Shown: positions 11,476 through 23,358 of the stretch, in pieces
Position numbering within the stretch: the first letter of the stretch is position 1
How the letters are laid out: the number at the start of each line of letters is the position of its first letter
IMG/VR virus record: IMGVR_UViG_3300031576_000007
Span: 1 to 64,000 of that record
DNA length: 64,000 nucleotides
From: a virus
Strand: one strand, 5' to 3'
The notes under the pieces: model-generated
What the model saw: the letters and a program-made list of their open reading frames with translations, nothing else
The model's database searches: none
What the model was told of the DNA's origin: nothing
Position numbers and translations under genes: made by a program

Positions 11476-14046
11476 ATGTCAAAAGAATTGCAAAAGAAGA
11501 ATCAGACAAAAACAGAAATTGAAGTTCTCTTAACTGAATTTGAAAAAAAATATGAGGAAGCAAGAGAAAAGGCTAATAAATATTTAACTGCTGCTGTGTA
11601 TTCCTTACTTCAAAGTCATGCATTTATTGGTCACATACTTCAAATGCTAAACAGAAAAATAGATATGTCTGTTCCTACTGCCGCAGTAGGGGTTATAAAT
11701 AATAAATACACCCTATTCATCAATCCATTTTTTTATTCTTCATTAACTATTGAAGAAGCCATAGCAATATTGCGTCATGAATGCTATCACCTTATTTGCG
11801 ATCATTTAAAACGAATAAAAGAATGTGACCCTAATATTTGGAGTATTGCATGTTTACCCGCTGGAGAACTAATTACTGGTGTTAATAAATGTATAGAACT
11901 AGTTTCTAATAATGAGATGGTACTATCTTCAAGCGGGTATACTAGAGTTTCTAATACTATGAATAGAAACTATTCAGGAAACTTATTTACAATTAAAGCA
12001 AGTGGTTGTTTACCAATAAGAGTAACAGATGAACATCCGATAAAAGTCAAAGAGAGGAAACAAATAAAAAAATACCCTATTATATTTTCTAAAGGAGAAG
12101 TTTGGAAAGAGGCGAATAAACTAAGAGAAAAAGTTGACTACGTATTAATTCCAAAACTTAAAGGCAATACAAATATAGATAAAATTAATTTAGATGAGTT
12201 TATTATGCACTCTTCAATTAACAGAACAGAAATATCTAATAGATGTATGATTAGAGAGCTTAAGGTTGATAATGATTTAGCTTGGATATTAGGTTTATAC
12301 ACCGCTGAAGGAAGTAGAGCAACAAAAAATAACAATAGCTTAGATTTTTCTTTATCTTCTAAAGAAACAAATCTTCACGATAATATAAAAACTTATTTTT
12401 CAAATTTAGGATACAGCGTTAGATGTTATATTAGAAATAATAGTGCTAAAGTTACCGCTCAGTCTACAATACTCTCAAGAGCATTTGAAAAATGGTGTGG
12501 TAAAGGCGCTCACAATAAAAAAATTCCAGATTTCATTTTGAACCATAATGATCTTTCACTAGTTAAGTCTTTTATTGATGGGTATATAGAAGGTGATGGG
12601 TGTTATAAGAAACGAGATAGTTTTTTAAGTGGAACAGTAAGTAAAACGCTGGCTTTACAATTACAGCTATCATATGCTAGAATGGGGAAATTTGCTTCTG
12701 TTAGACAATCAAACAGAGGCGAACGATTATTAAGAGGCAAAATTCTTAAACCATACACTATTTTTGAGATAGAATATATACCTATTCATTCAAGCAAAAG
12801 ATTATTTAAAAATTATACTATAAAAAGTACAAACCATAGATGGAAAGATTTTGGTAATTATTTAGGTGTACCAATTACTTCTATTACTAGCACCCCTTTT
12901 AATGGTAGAGTTTATAATTTAGAAACAGAATCACACGAGTTTGCAGTTAGTAATTTAATCACTCACAACTGTGATATGGCAATAAATATTTTTATCCCCA
13001 ATCTGCCAAAATTTGATCACAAAACGGCGGTAGAAGATGGAATGAAGAGACACGGACTATTAGAAGAAGATATGAAGAAACATTTACCAAAACCGGATAT
13101 GGACGGTAAATGTACCTCTGCTCTTTTACCTAGACATTTTAATATGCCAGATGGTAGAACTGCTGAATGGTATTATAAAACTATAATGAATGACCCAAAA
13201 TTAAGAGATAAATTTAAATCTAAGAAGATATTAATAAAAGTATACGAACCTAATGAAGAAAATAATAGTGGGAGTAAAGAAAACCCACAAAGCCTGAAAG
13301 ATCAATTAGATAGTGGAAGAGCTATTTTGGATGTACAAAGTGATGGTGACCACAATAAATGGCAACAATGCCAGGCGCACTCTCAGCAATTGATAGATGA
13401 AGAGTTAAAAAGGATTATAAGAGAGGCAAAAGACTTAGCTCCAAAAAGCTTTTCTACTCTTCCAGGGGATATGGTAAGCACAATACAAAACTTTCTAAAA
13501 AGTAAAAATAATTGGAAAGGAGTATTAAGATCTTGGATTCAACGCGCTACTGAAGTTCTAAGAGTTAATACAAGAAAAAGACCTTCTAGGAGATATGGGA
13601 TTATTTACCCAGGTCAACGTTCAGATTTTAGGTTAAATTTATCTGTGGTTGCTGACTCTAGTGGTTCTATCTCAGATAAAGATCTAGCTCTTATGGGGGG
13701 TGAAATAAATAGATTATTCGAAACAAAGATGGCTAACATAACTGTAATCGTAGGTGATTATGTTGTACAAAAAGTAACCAAAATGACCAAACTACTTACT
13801 CCAAAAGATTTTAAGTTCCCAGGAAGGGGAGGGACAAATGCTCAACCATGGTTAGAGGAAGCTGACAAACAAAACGCTGACGCTGTTATAATATTAACTG
13901 ACGGTGAATTTGATTATAAGCTAAAACGACCAAAATGCTTGGTGTTGTGGGCTCTAACGACTCGGGGAATTGAAGAGGAGAATTTTAAATCAAGAGTCCC
14001 ATTCGGGAAAGTTATAAAACTTTCACAAGAGGAAAAAAATGGCTAA
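11476..14046 (+). CDS. HEXXH metallopeptidase-like plus VWA domain protein (MoxR partner), intein-containing
   Basis: HECYH; WSIA|intein|CDMAIN; MIDAS DSSGS, GGT, LTDG. Confidence 0.85.
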   Translation: MSKELQKKNQTKTEIEVLLTEFEKKYEEAREKANKYLTAAVYSLLQSHAFIGHILQMLNRKIDMSVPTAAVGVINNKYTLFINPFFYSSLTIEEAIAILRHECYHLICDHLKRIKECDPNIWSIACLPAGELITGVNKCIELVSNNEMVLSSSGYTRVSNTMNRNYSGNLFTIKASGCLPIRVTDEHPIKVKERKQIKKYPIIFSKGEVWKEANKLREKVDYVLIPKLKGNTNIDKINLDEFIMHSSINRTEISNRCMIRELKVDNDLAWILGLYTAEGSRATKNNNSLDFSLSSKETNLHDNIKTYFSNLGYSVRCYIRNNSAKVTAQSTILSRAFEKWCGKGAHNKKIPDFILNHNDLSLVKSFIDGYIEGDGCYKKRDSFLSGTVSKTLALQLQLSYARMGKFASVRQSNRGERLLRGKILKPYTIFEIEYIPIHSSKRLFKNYTIKSTNHRWKDFGNYLGVPITSITSTPFNGRVYNLETESHEFAVSNLITHNCDMAINIFIPNLPKFDHKTAVEDGMKRHGLLEEDMKKHLPKPDMDGKCTSALLPRHFNMPDGRTAEWYYKTIMNDPKLRDKFKSKKILIKVYEPNEENNSGSKENPQSLKDQLDSGRAILDVQSDGDHNKWQQCQAHSQQLIDEELKRIIREAKDLAPKSFSTLPGDMVSTIQNFLKSKNNWKGVLRSWIQRATEVLRVNTRKRPSRRYGIIYPGQRSDFRLNLSVVADSSGSISDKDLALMGGEINRLFETKMANITVIVGDYVVQKVTKMTKLLTPKDFKFPGRGGTNAQPWLEEADKQNADAVIILTDGEFDYKLKRPKCLVLWALTTRGIEEENFKSRVPFGKVIKLSQEEKNG
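11851..12969 (+). mobile_element. intein (373 aa) with LAGLIDADG endonuclease
   Basis: C1 (CLPAGE), TDEHP block B, LGLYTAEGS and FIDGYIEGDG, THN|C. Confidence 0.9.
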
Positions 14047-14869
14047 TTTTGGACCACCTAAATTTAAAAAAGAAGGAACAGAAACAGATAGATTTAGCGG
14101 AGGTGAAAAATACAACTATCCTAAACAAAGAGATCCTAGAACAGAAGCTATAGGAGTATTCAAATCTTTTGTTGTGCAAATGACACAAAAGAAAAAAAAT
14201 CCTGATGAAATTGTGGTATTCGTAAAAAATCCAACTCCCCTTAACTACGGGTTTAAAGATACAAATGAAGTAAGAGATGTAATATTCGTTCAGATATTAA
14301 AATTTACTAGCTTGGAGGAAAGATTAAAAATATTAGAAGAGCTATACGATTCTGGTAATTTAGGTTTTTAACTGTTACAATTAGAAGGGGCTGCGATGAT
14401 ATTTAGGATTATAGACCTTCGAAAAAAAACAATGTCACAAGCTCGTAAAATAATGAAAAGACTTAGACAGTTTCGTGAAGATAAACATATTACTAAACCA
14501 ATTAATTTTTTGTTACCTTCAAAACACGAGAGAAGCAGAAGAAATAAAGTATTCCAAATTGAGAAGATATACCAACGTTGCCCTTATTGTAGTAGTCCAC
14601 TTCAACAAACGGAGAGCGGGATAAAGTGCACCCAATCTAATATAAGAAAAGTTATAAGGGATATTGAAGACACAAAAAGAAGGTGGGGTAAGAATGCTGA
14701 ATTGTTCCTATCTAAAAGAGCAAATAGATTTTACGATGAATATACTTATGCTGGCAGAGATATGTCATGTGAATATGTGTTTGGTAATGAAGAGCATAGA
14801 TTTATGGTGCGACCAAGGATATTAATGAAGGGTGTGGATAGAAAAAAGATATTCGGTGGGAGTACTTAA

Positions 14870-15349
14870 TTGAAAGGGTATACTAAATTTAAAGTTGGGG
14901 ATATAGTAAGTGGAATTTACTTAGTAACTCCTGGTGCATTAGAGATCAATAAGATAGATTTAGTCAAACATGAAAAAATCTCTATTACACAGAAAGAAGC
15001 GGGGGCTAAGCTTAGAGATTTTCTAGGAGCACTGACAAAGCCTCACGGTAAGCTTATTCCAGTAGGACACAATGTTTCATTTGATATAGATCAAATTACA
15101 GGACCTAACGGTATTATTACTAAAAAAGATTGGGAACTTTATACTAGCTACCGAACTTTAGATATTGCTGTTGTAGGTAGGTTTTTAGTTATATCAGGTC
15201 TCCTTCCAGAAGCTAGTAACCTTGAATCTTATGCAAAACTTTTTAAGTTAGACACAACTAACTTGCATACAACTAAACAAGACACTCTTTTAACTATAAA
15301 TATTCTAAAAGAGATGTTTAAAAGGGTAGTATTAAAAAATGAAAAGTAG
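14870..15349 (+). pseudogene. N-terminally truncated or chimeric DEDDh 3'-5' exonuclease
   Basis: has ExoII (GHNVSFD) and ExoIII (H...D) but no ExoI DxE; starts with an unrelated KFKVGDIV segment. Confidence 0.55.
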
Positions 15350-16744
15350 CATAAACGACACAGAGGAGAATGAAGTAACAGTAAAGAGACTATTGTATTC
15401 AGCATTTGATGCCGAATGCGGCTGTTGTTGTTATGTATCTAAAGTCGTTCCGGTAATAAATTTTATAGACACTTCCAAGAGTATATCTACAATAGAGTTG
15501 ACAATTGGTGATTGGTGTGGTAAACAACACATACCAGGCTTAATGAGTGAAAAATTTTATCTAAGTGCCTATGAATTTATGGAAAATATTCATAACCAAT
15601 GGGGCACAACAAAATTAATATACAATACTGCCAGAACTTTGCAATTAAAAGTCTCAATGAGAGATAAAGATGAAATTAACTTGGTTTGATTTACATAAAA
15701 AGTATTCTATAAGTGATGAAAGATACCCTCTGTCTAAAAGGGACATATCATTAGGTAGAATAAAAGAATTAATAAATAAAGATGAAGATTATTTTCTATG
15801 CCTTAGAAATAGAAAGAGGGGTGAGATATACAGGCACAAAGGTGATGGATCTTTGTGGGCTGTATATATAAGACCTTCTAAAACTTGGAAAAAACAAAAA
15901 ACTATATGGGGTCAGATTGATAAGATGGGGTTAGAACTAAAACAAGAGAATGACGTAGAAGCGGTATGGGTATTCTCTTCCAATGTTTTTGATCAAGTGG
16001 CTTCAATATTAAAAATAAGGAAAAAGAAAGTAAAATGAATAAAATTAAATGTAGTATAAATGGTTGTCGAAACGTAATGGATGTAAAATCAGGGGAAGTC
16101 AGGGGGGTTAAGTTCTACAAGAAACTTAGAGATAAAGACAATAATGTCTTTTATGAAAAAGAAGGTCATAGATTTGTTTGTATTTACCATGACTATTTAT
16201 TAAGGAAAAAGAAGATCAGACCGACATTAGATTGGGTTTATGGCAGAAAACAGACTCAACAGGATAATCAATGATATATTTCTTTGTTACCAAAGATGGG
16301 AAAGTTTGTAGACATAGAGCGAGATATGAGGAAGTAGTTGGGGGCGGTATCCTACGACAGGAACAATTAGTTAGGATTATTATCAAAACTAGTGGGGTTG
16401 ACAGTAGAATAGACTATAGTTATGATGAGCTTAATGTACGTAGGAATGAAGGTAAACAAATGATCCCTGTAGGTAACGGTGAAATAGTGAGAGTAGATAT
16501 ATTTAACCCGAAGGAGTCTTATGAAAAATTTTAAGGTGGGGGATATTGTGGCTCCTAGAATAAAGACAGGAAAGATCATTAGTGTTACTAGTGACTCTAT
16601 TATCGTTGAAGTACAAGATCCTTCTTCTATCTCTGGATTGCGCCATATCTCTATGACAGCAGAACAAGCGAGGCTCAGGGGTTTGACTTTAGAAAAATTG
16701 GCCGAAGAGTATTTAGTTAAAGTTATTATAGAGGGTAATAATTA

Positions 16745-17203
16745 ATGCAAATCAAGAAGCCTAATTATTATAATTTTAACCATGAGGGCGTAAGTAAGAA
16801 GTTTGAAGGGGGGCTTACTTTTGTAAATGAGTTTTGTGTGAAGGGGGAGTATGTCCCCGTAGCTGTTTATAGAGCAGAAAAGCCAAATAAGAAAAAAGGA
16901 CATAAAAAATATATGCTTCTTCAAATGGAATCAAAAGGTGGGTTAGTTAGGGGGATGACTGAAGAAGAGATAGGACCATTTAGGCACCAAACAGCAATTC
17001 ATTGTTTAGATTGTGATACAGTTATTTACAGCGTGCATCGTCATACAATGGAGCCTTGCGTATGTGGTAAGGTTTATATTGATGGTGGGAGAGATTATAC
17101 AAAAGTAAATTACTCTGAGGAAGCCAATTTTAAGATGGTTACTTTAGATTTATTAACTGATACAATATTTGAGATCATACCCACAGAAGGAGAAGATAAA
17201 TGA
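16745..17203 (+). CDS. conserved phage protein with Zn-ribbon C-terminus
   Basis: CLDC...HRH...CVCG...IDGGRDY motif. Confidence 0.6.
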   Translation: MQIKKPNYYNFNHEGVSKKFEGGLTFVNEFCVKGEYVPVAVYRAEKPNKKKGHKKYMLLQMESKGGLVRGMTEEEIGPFRHQTAIHCLDCDTVIYSVHRHTMEPCVCGKVYIDGGRDYTKVNYSEEANFKMVTLDLLTDTIFEIIPTEGEDK

Positions 17204-19398
17204 CTGAAGAACATGCTAATTTATTAATTACAATTCTTCAACAGATTAATGATAATACCAAAGAAATTAGGGACGGGTTAAGAGTGCTTATTAATGGTGG
17301 CACAGCATTCCCATGTTCTTGCCCTTCTAATCCTGTTAGCATACCCCAGCAGTTAGAAAACATTTATAGCACTTTATATAACTTACGGACGAGCTTGATA
17401 CCCCCTGTAGTGGAAGGTTTTAAACAGGCATTAAAATCTGCTATAATCATACCGTCTGAAAACTCGGACGAATAACGTGATTAACGAAGTTCAAAAAGAG
17501 GGGCTTTACATACTCGCTCTCAAAGAAAGATATTGGTTTTTTATTTCAGGGACATTTGTAGGCCAAGCTATTTTTGTACTGATAACTCATATACTTATTG
17601 GTCAGTTGACCCCTTTCATCTTATATGGTGTATTCATGTTAATGGGCGCTCTTGGGTCTTATCAATATAGTAATTATTTGAAAGACAAAATAAAAAATTA
17701 TCTTGAAGGACACCGAAAATGAAACTTCATTTATATAAACTAGATAGAAAAAAAGACATAAACGGGAATAGTGGAATTGGAGAAGTCGCTTATGCTATTG
17801 GTATCCCTTCAGGAAAAGTTATTTTGTGGTGGACAACAGAAATTTCTTCAGTCACACTCTATGATAGTATTACAAATGCAGAAGATTTACATTCTCATAA
17901 AGGAGCAACATTAATAAAATCAATAGAAAATCCGAAGGAACTTTTAGAGTTATTCGGGTTTGATCCAGAAGCATTGTTAAGAAAACGAAAGAGAAAAACG
18001 ATATGAAGAAGAGTGATTGGATTCCCCCCGATAGTGTGGCACTAATATTTAGAATAAAAAAAGAAATTATGGACAATACTAGTGCTAAATACTTCCAATT
18101 ACGTTTATTCCGAGCATACAAGTCTGATTTGATGGTTAAATTCACAGATAACCCAGCGCTAAATACTTCGTTTCCTATTGAGGAAAAAAGAAAAGATAAT
18201 TGGGCCATAGTTAAAGCTTACTTTCCTTTAACCTCAAATATTCAGAATTTTAAAGGAGCCATGAAAAAAGATGATGGGTCCATTTATGATAGAATTGGTA
18301 TAGAAGTGCCTGATAAATTTCCTGTTGAAATTGATCTTCCTGGTATATGGTTTAAGGATCTTTGCTCTTTTTTTAGAAATCATATATTAGATAATTTAAA
18401 ATTTATGATGAGAACATTCAAGCCAAATGATGATAATAAAAGTAAACAATCCTTGGTTCTTCTAACAGATTCTAACTGGTCTGTAGCAGATAAGGAGCCT
18501 GCTCCAAACAAAACAGTAATGTACAATTTCAAAGAAGGCAAGCCAGAATCGATGTTTGCAAAAAAAACACAAGAAGACCAACAATTCAAGTCTTTGGGAA
18601 CTTTTTTAGAAAGAAAAAAATAATGATATTGCGGAAAAATACGCATTGTGCGCTGTGCGGGGGCACTGAGATTAAAAGAGGACACTACACACCAGTTAAC
18701 TCTTCTGAGACATTGTTAGCTGTTTATGTTTGTGATAATTATAAATGTAACAGAGCTGAAGGAATTATATTAAAATTTGAGGGCTCACTTACTAGATTTA
18801 TAAATAGACCAGGTGATTTAGTTGGTGCTATAATTAATATTGGTAAAGATGAATTAGCAGAAAAATACAATAAAATAGAGGTAAAATGAAAAAAGTATAT
18901 AGTTTTGTAGTTAATTCAACCCCTTCAACATGTATGTATACAACACGGGTTAAGGCGGTTAAGGCAGCTAAAAGAGTATTTGAAAGAGACTTTATTTCTA
19001 AAGATCTTTCTAAGATTAGAGGTACTGATTTTTATAAGGAACTATCTTTAGGTGACAACGGAGCTATTGACGCTCTGGTATATGTCGATGCGTTTGTTGT
19101 AAGATAATGAAGTGGGATACCAAGATAAAGCGTGTATCTAATGGGTATCTGTTAGAAATACCAAACGAGCGTGGTAAGCTAGAGCAGGTTATATTTGAAG
19201 ATGGTGAAAGAGACATTGATGATTTTAGGCCAGGCGGGGAACAGATAGATTCTTTTGCAGGACTACTATGGTTTATACAAGAACAAATAGGACCGTGTAG
19301 TGGTAGATATGATAAGAGGCGTCTGTACATAGTAATTAAACCTGGTGATAAGCACGAAGATTTTACCGAAGAACACTCAAAAGAGATATGGGGGGGCG

Positions 19399-19872
19399 AT
19401 GTTACGAAGCGTGGTAAAACATAATCCTAAGAAACCACACAAAAGTCCTCTTAAAATTAATAAGTGTAGCCCGATAACTGATTTCTCTTATGAAGGAAAA
19501 ATATGGATAAAAAAATTGATATCCGATATGAAAGACACCTGTACATCTATGAAAGGGGTAGGTTTAGCCGCGAATCAGATAGGTGTTTACAGACAATTGA
19601 TTTTGATAGCTGAACCTAAGAAACCTCATATTATAATGATTAACCCTAGAGTTATAGATAGTTATGGTGATATCATAGAGGAAAAAGAAGGATGTTTATC
19701 AGTTCCTGGGGTGTACGGAATAGTTAAACGACACCAATATGTAGTTGTTGAATTTAAAGATATAAATGGGGATGATAAAACATCTATATGTTGTGGCTAT
19801 GAAGCTCGTATAGTTTCCCATGAAATAGGACATTTAAATAATGAACTTTGCATAGAAAGATTTGAGAAATGA
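19399..19872 (+). CDS. def: peptide deformylase
   Basis: GVGLAANQ, EGCLS, HEIGH. Confidence 0.9.
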   Translation: MLRSVVKHNPKKPHKSPLKINKCSPITDFSYEGKIWIKKLISDMKDTCTSMKGVGLAANQIGVYRQLILIAEPKKPHIIMINPRVIDSYGDIIEEKEGCLSVPGVYGIVKRHQYVVVEFKDINGDDKTSICCGYEARIVSHEIGHLNNELCIERFEK

Positions 19873-20726
19873 CAAAAAAAGAAAAAGAATATGTAGCTGA
19901 TGTTGTACAGGGTGATGGTTTCGATTATGCTTTCAGAGGTTATACTGATTCCAAAGATAAAGTAAAAGATACTAAATTCCATAAATTGCGTAAAGCTTAT
20001 ATAAAAGCAATCAAAGAATTAGAAGATTACACAGAATGTAATAAGGAAGAATATTAAAAGAGGGGAAATGCCAGGGTTAAATATTAAGGGAATTAGAGAT
20101 GAGTATTTCCAGGAAGATAGAACTTGGTTACGAATATTACTTGATAAAGTAGAGGAGTTTTTTTGGCCTGTAATTTATAAATTTATACAAATTAAACGAT
20201 CATTTGAATATGCTAAAGTTGGGTGGGATACCGCAGATTTTGATTCTGCCTATGCTTTGGAAGAATTCACCAATAAACTAGAGAAACTAGCTAATACAAT
20301 AGAGAAAAATAAAATACATTGTAATTATGAAGAAGATGTAAAAAATATAAAGGAAACAGTAAGACTTTTCAGGAGAGTAATGGATGATAATTACTTTTCT
20401 GAATGTGAAGAGCCTATTGATAAGAAGTATGGAGAAATGATAAGGTCATGGGAGCGGGAATACTCAAGCGGTAATAGTCGATTGAATTTCAGGAGACCTG
20501 GTGAGACTGACGAGAATAGAGAAGAGATTAGAGAGCTAGAATTAGAGGCAGTATTTAAGTCCGAGGAAATGCTTAAAGAAGACTGGAAAAAAGCTCTAAA
20601 AATAATGGAAGAACATTTTTTTGGTTGGCGGGATTGAGTGTGCTACAATGCCATTTATTAACGTTTTAGGTGAATTATGCCGCCTATGAAACATTAGAAG
20701 TGAAACATTAACATAAAGGTAAAATA

Positions 20727-20925
20727 ATGAAGTTTATAAAGTTAACAAAGCTAGGGGGAGGGGGTTATTATTATTAATGTGGATAAAATCCAAACAATAA
20801 TGCGTTGGGGGTCAGATAGCACAGATATTCATCTAACTGGAGGAGATTGTTGGACTGTTCATGAATCGCCCGAAGAGATCTATGAGCTTTGTGGGGGTGT
20901 TTTGAGCCCTAGCAAAGGTAATTAA
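20727..20925 (+). pseudogene. FlbD-like small protein frameshifted in a G5-A-G5 tract (20754-20764)
   Basis: MKFIKLTKLGG continues in the +1 frame as VIIINVDKIQTI...TDIHLTGG...VHESPEEI, which resembles the FlbD family pattern. Confidence 0.6.
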
Positions 20926-21585
20926 AATGAAAGAAGAACCTATGTTAGTTATACCTACAAGAATATGCTTATACAACGCTTGTAGTGATCGTTGTGATAT
21001 GATAAATTTCCTCTGTGCCTGCGGTTCCGTTCACGATATTCAAGAAATAAAAGACAAAATGAAAAAACACTCATTTCCTACAGAAGCATTTGAATTATTG
21101 GAAAAAGAAACCAAAAATGCAACATAAAAAAGATTGGGGTCCTGGCTATAGGTTTTTTAAATGTGAAAATTGTAACGTAGAGTTTAAAGAGAAAAGTAGG
21201 CATTGTCAGTCACCTAGCTTGTCTATATGTGAAACCTGTCATGATGAAGTATCTCCTATAGCTCATGAAGAGCATTATGAGTGGGGGACTGATAAATCAC
21301 AAAACTTGAAGGAGTGAGATAGTGGAAGGTAAGGTATTAGAATTCCCCATAGATGAAGTTATAAAGAAAAAAAACTTCGATACCCAAGATGAAGCTATTG
21401 CTTTTGGACAGTCATTACATAGACCTTTCGTTTGGGGGCAGGACAAGGATACCAAAAAATGGAAGGTTTTTCCTTTCCCCGCTGGTACTCAGATAACTCT
21501 TACACCTATAGAAAAAAAAGAAGCTGAAGTTATACAGTTACACAAGCCTAAGAACCCTTCAGGAAATACTGAGGATGCCATCTAA

Positions 21586-22131
21586 ATGCAGTACACGGAA
21601 CTTTCTAGCTCAATAAAAGCATGTACCAGGTGCCCACTACACCTAAGCCGAATTCAGGCTGTTTTAGGGGCTGGAAACATACATTCTGGTTTGGTGTTAA
21701 TAGGAGAGGCGCCAGGGGAAGATGAAGACAATCTAGGAACTCCATTTGTAGGTAAGTGCGGGAGATTATTGGATGATATATTAAGGTCCGTTGGTATTAG
21801 AAGAGAAGAGATATATATTTCCAATGTGGTCAAATGCCGACCACCAAATAATAGACCCCCCGCTCCAGAAGAGGCTTTCATGTGTTCGGGGCATCTGGCT
21901 AGAGAAATTAGGCTTATAAATCCACTAGTTATAGTTACATTAGGAGCGACATCAACAAAAACTATATTAGGGACAGAAGAACAAATAACTAAACTAAGAG
22001 GAAAAGTATTTGACATAGGGGGCATTAAAGTTATACCTTCTTTTCATCCCTCTTATATCTTGAGGCAAGGAAATAAAAGAAAGGACCTAGAATCAGATTT
22101 GTTATTAGCGAAGGGGATAGCTTATGTTTGA
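21586..22131 (+). CDS. family 4 uracil-DNA glycosylase (Fe-S)
   Basis: CTRCPL, GEAPG, PFVG, NVVKCRPP, HPS. Confidence 0.9.
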   Translation: MQYTELSSSIKACTRCPLHLSRIQAVLGAGNIHSGLVLIGEAPGEDEDNLGTPFVGKCGRLLDDILRSVGIRREEIYISNVVKCRPPNNRPPAPEEAFMCSGHLAREIRLINPLVIVTLGATSTKTILGTEEQITKLRGKVFDIGGIKVIPSFHPSYILRQGNKRKDLESDLLLAKGIAYV

Positions 22132-22311
22132 TCAATACATTTCAGAATGGAGAATAGTGTTTGGAGATAATGTTTGTGATGCGTTAGAAACACTATATCG
22201 TAATGCAGCTCCTGGTTGGGAACCTACAGTAATAATCAAAGAAAGGTTAAAAAGGAAGATTGGATTCTATGGTGAGTTTTCTTACCGCGTAAGATGGAGA
22301 AAATTTCCATA

Positions 22312-22340
22312 TTGATTTGTAACAATAAAAATGGTTTAAT
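22312..22340 (+). promoter_or_regulatory. sigma70-like promoter
   Basis: TTGATT-17 bp-TTTAAT with TGn extension. Confidence 0.5.
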
Positions 22341-22348
22341 AAAATAAA

Positions 22349-22648
22349 ATGTCATTTTATAAACCAGATATAAGAAAAGCTACAAAAATTGCTTTTGACA
22401 CAGATTTAACCTTAATTGACCACCAAGATCGCCCATTATATAATAATATTAATTTGTTGAATTGGTTTATAGAAAAAGGTTATGATTGTATAATGTGGAG
22501 TGGAGGAGGAATTGATTATTGTGAAATGTGGTCTAGAAAATTAGGATTTGAAGGAAAAGTAAGGGTAATTGCTAAAGGCTCAGAGGAAGTAGATTTAGCA
22601 TTTGACGATGAATGTGTCAATTTAGGTAAAACTAATATAATTGTTTAA
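22349..22648 (+). CDS. minimal HAD-superfamily protein
   Basis: FDTDLTL, WSGGG, K, FDD. Confidence 0.7.
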   Translation: MSFYKPDIRKATKIAFDTDLTLIDHQDRPLYNNINLLNWFIEKGYDCIMWSGGGIDYCEMWSRKLGFEGKVRVIAKGSEEVDLAFDDECVNLGKTNIIV

Positions 22649-22667
22649 CAACAAAAGGGGAGAGAAG

Positions 22668-23339
22668 ATGTTAAAAAAGGTAACAGCAATTCTTGGGCTT
22701 GTTATTGCAAGTTCTATTGCTACAAATAGTAAAGCAGGAGAAGTAGCGGACAAGCTATCTGTGTATTTTGATACAGATAAAGCTTCCATTAAATCAGGAG
22801 ATGCACTAAAATTAGATGTTTTGATATTAAAAATTTTAAAGAACAAACTTGAGGTTATTGTAACAGGCCACGCGGATATGCGTGGAGCTAGGACCTACAA
22901 TCTTGATCTTGGCAAACGTAGAGCCCAAGCTGTTGTTGATTACTTAACAAGCAATGGGGTAAAAAAGGATATTTTATCAGTAAGTTACGGAGAGGAAGAT
23001 TCTGCTGCTCCTAATGATCTTAATAAATCTCATTTAGCTTTGAATCGAAGAGCAGTTATTGTGACTATTCAGTCAAATGAAAGAGTTCAAACACGAACTG
23101 AGCATATTTTTGTACCCGTTAAAATTGAGCCAAAAAAGAATAGGCTTACAATTCTTGGCGGAGCTGGGCCAACAGGATTAGTTAAGACACAACTCAGTCC
23201 TAATCAATGGAAAGTTGACCATAGCTTTTCACCAGTTGCTGGTGTTGAGTATTCTAGGCTATTTACTGAACGATGGAGTTTTAGTCTTGCAGCTTTTTCA
23301 AATGTTTCAGCTTTTGCTGGAATTGGATATAGTTTTTAA
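22668..23339 (+). CDS. OmpA-family peptidoglycan-binding protein with signal peptide and C-terminal beta-strand region
   Basis: signal peptide; VYFDTDK, GHADMRG..YNLDLGKRRA, SYGEE, NRR; ends GIGYSF. Confidence 0.85.
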   Translation: MLKKVTAILGLVIASSIATNSKAGEVADKLSVYFDTDKASIKSGDALKLDVLILKILKNKLEVIVTGHADMRGARTYNLDLGKRRAQAVVDYLTSNGVKKDILSVSYGEEDSAAPNDLNKSHLALNRRAVIVTIQSNERVQTRTEHIFVPVKIEPKKNRLTILGGAGPTGLVKTQLSPNQWKVDHSFSPVAGVEYSRLFTERWSFSLAAFSNVSAFAGIGYSF

Positions 23340-23358
23340 TTCAAAGGAGAATATTAAT

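Noticed and set aside
20648-20716. Further tiny ORFs with possible internal stops (also near 6356-6445)
   Set aside because: Too short and without motifs to distinguish from chance
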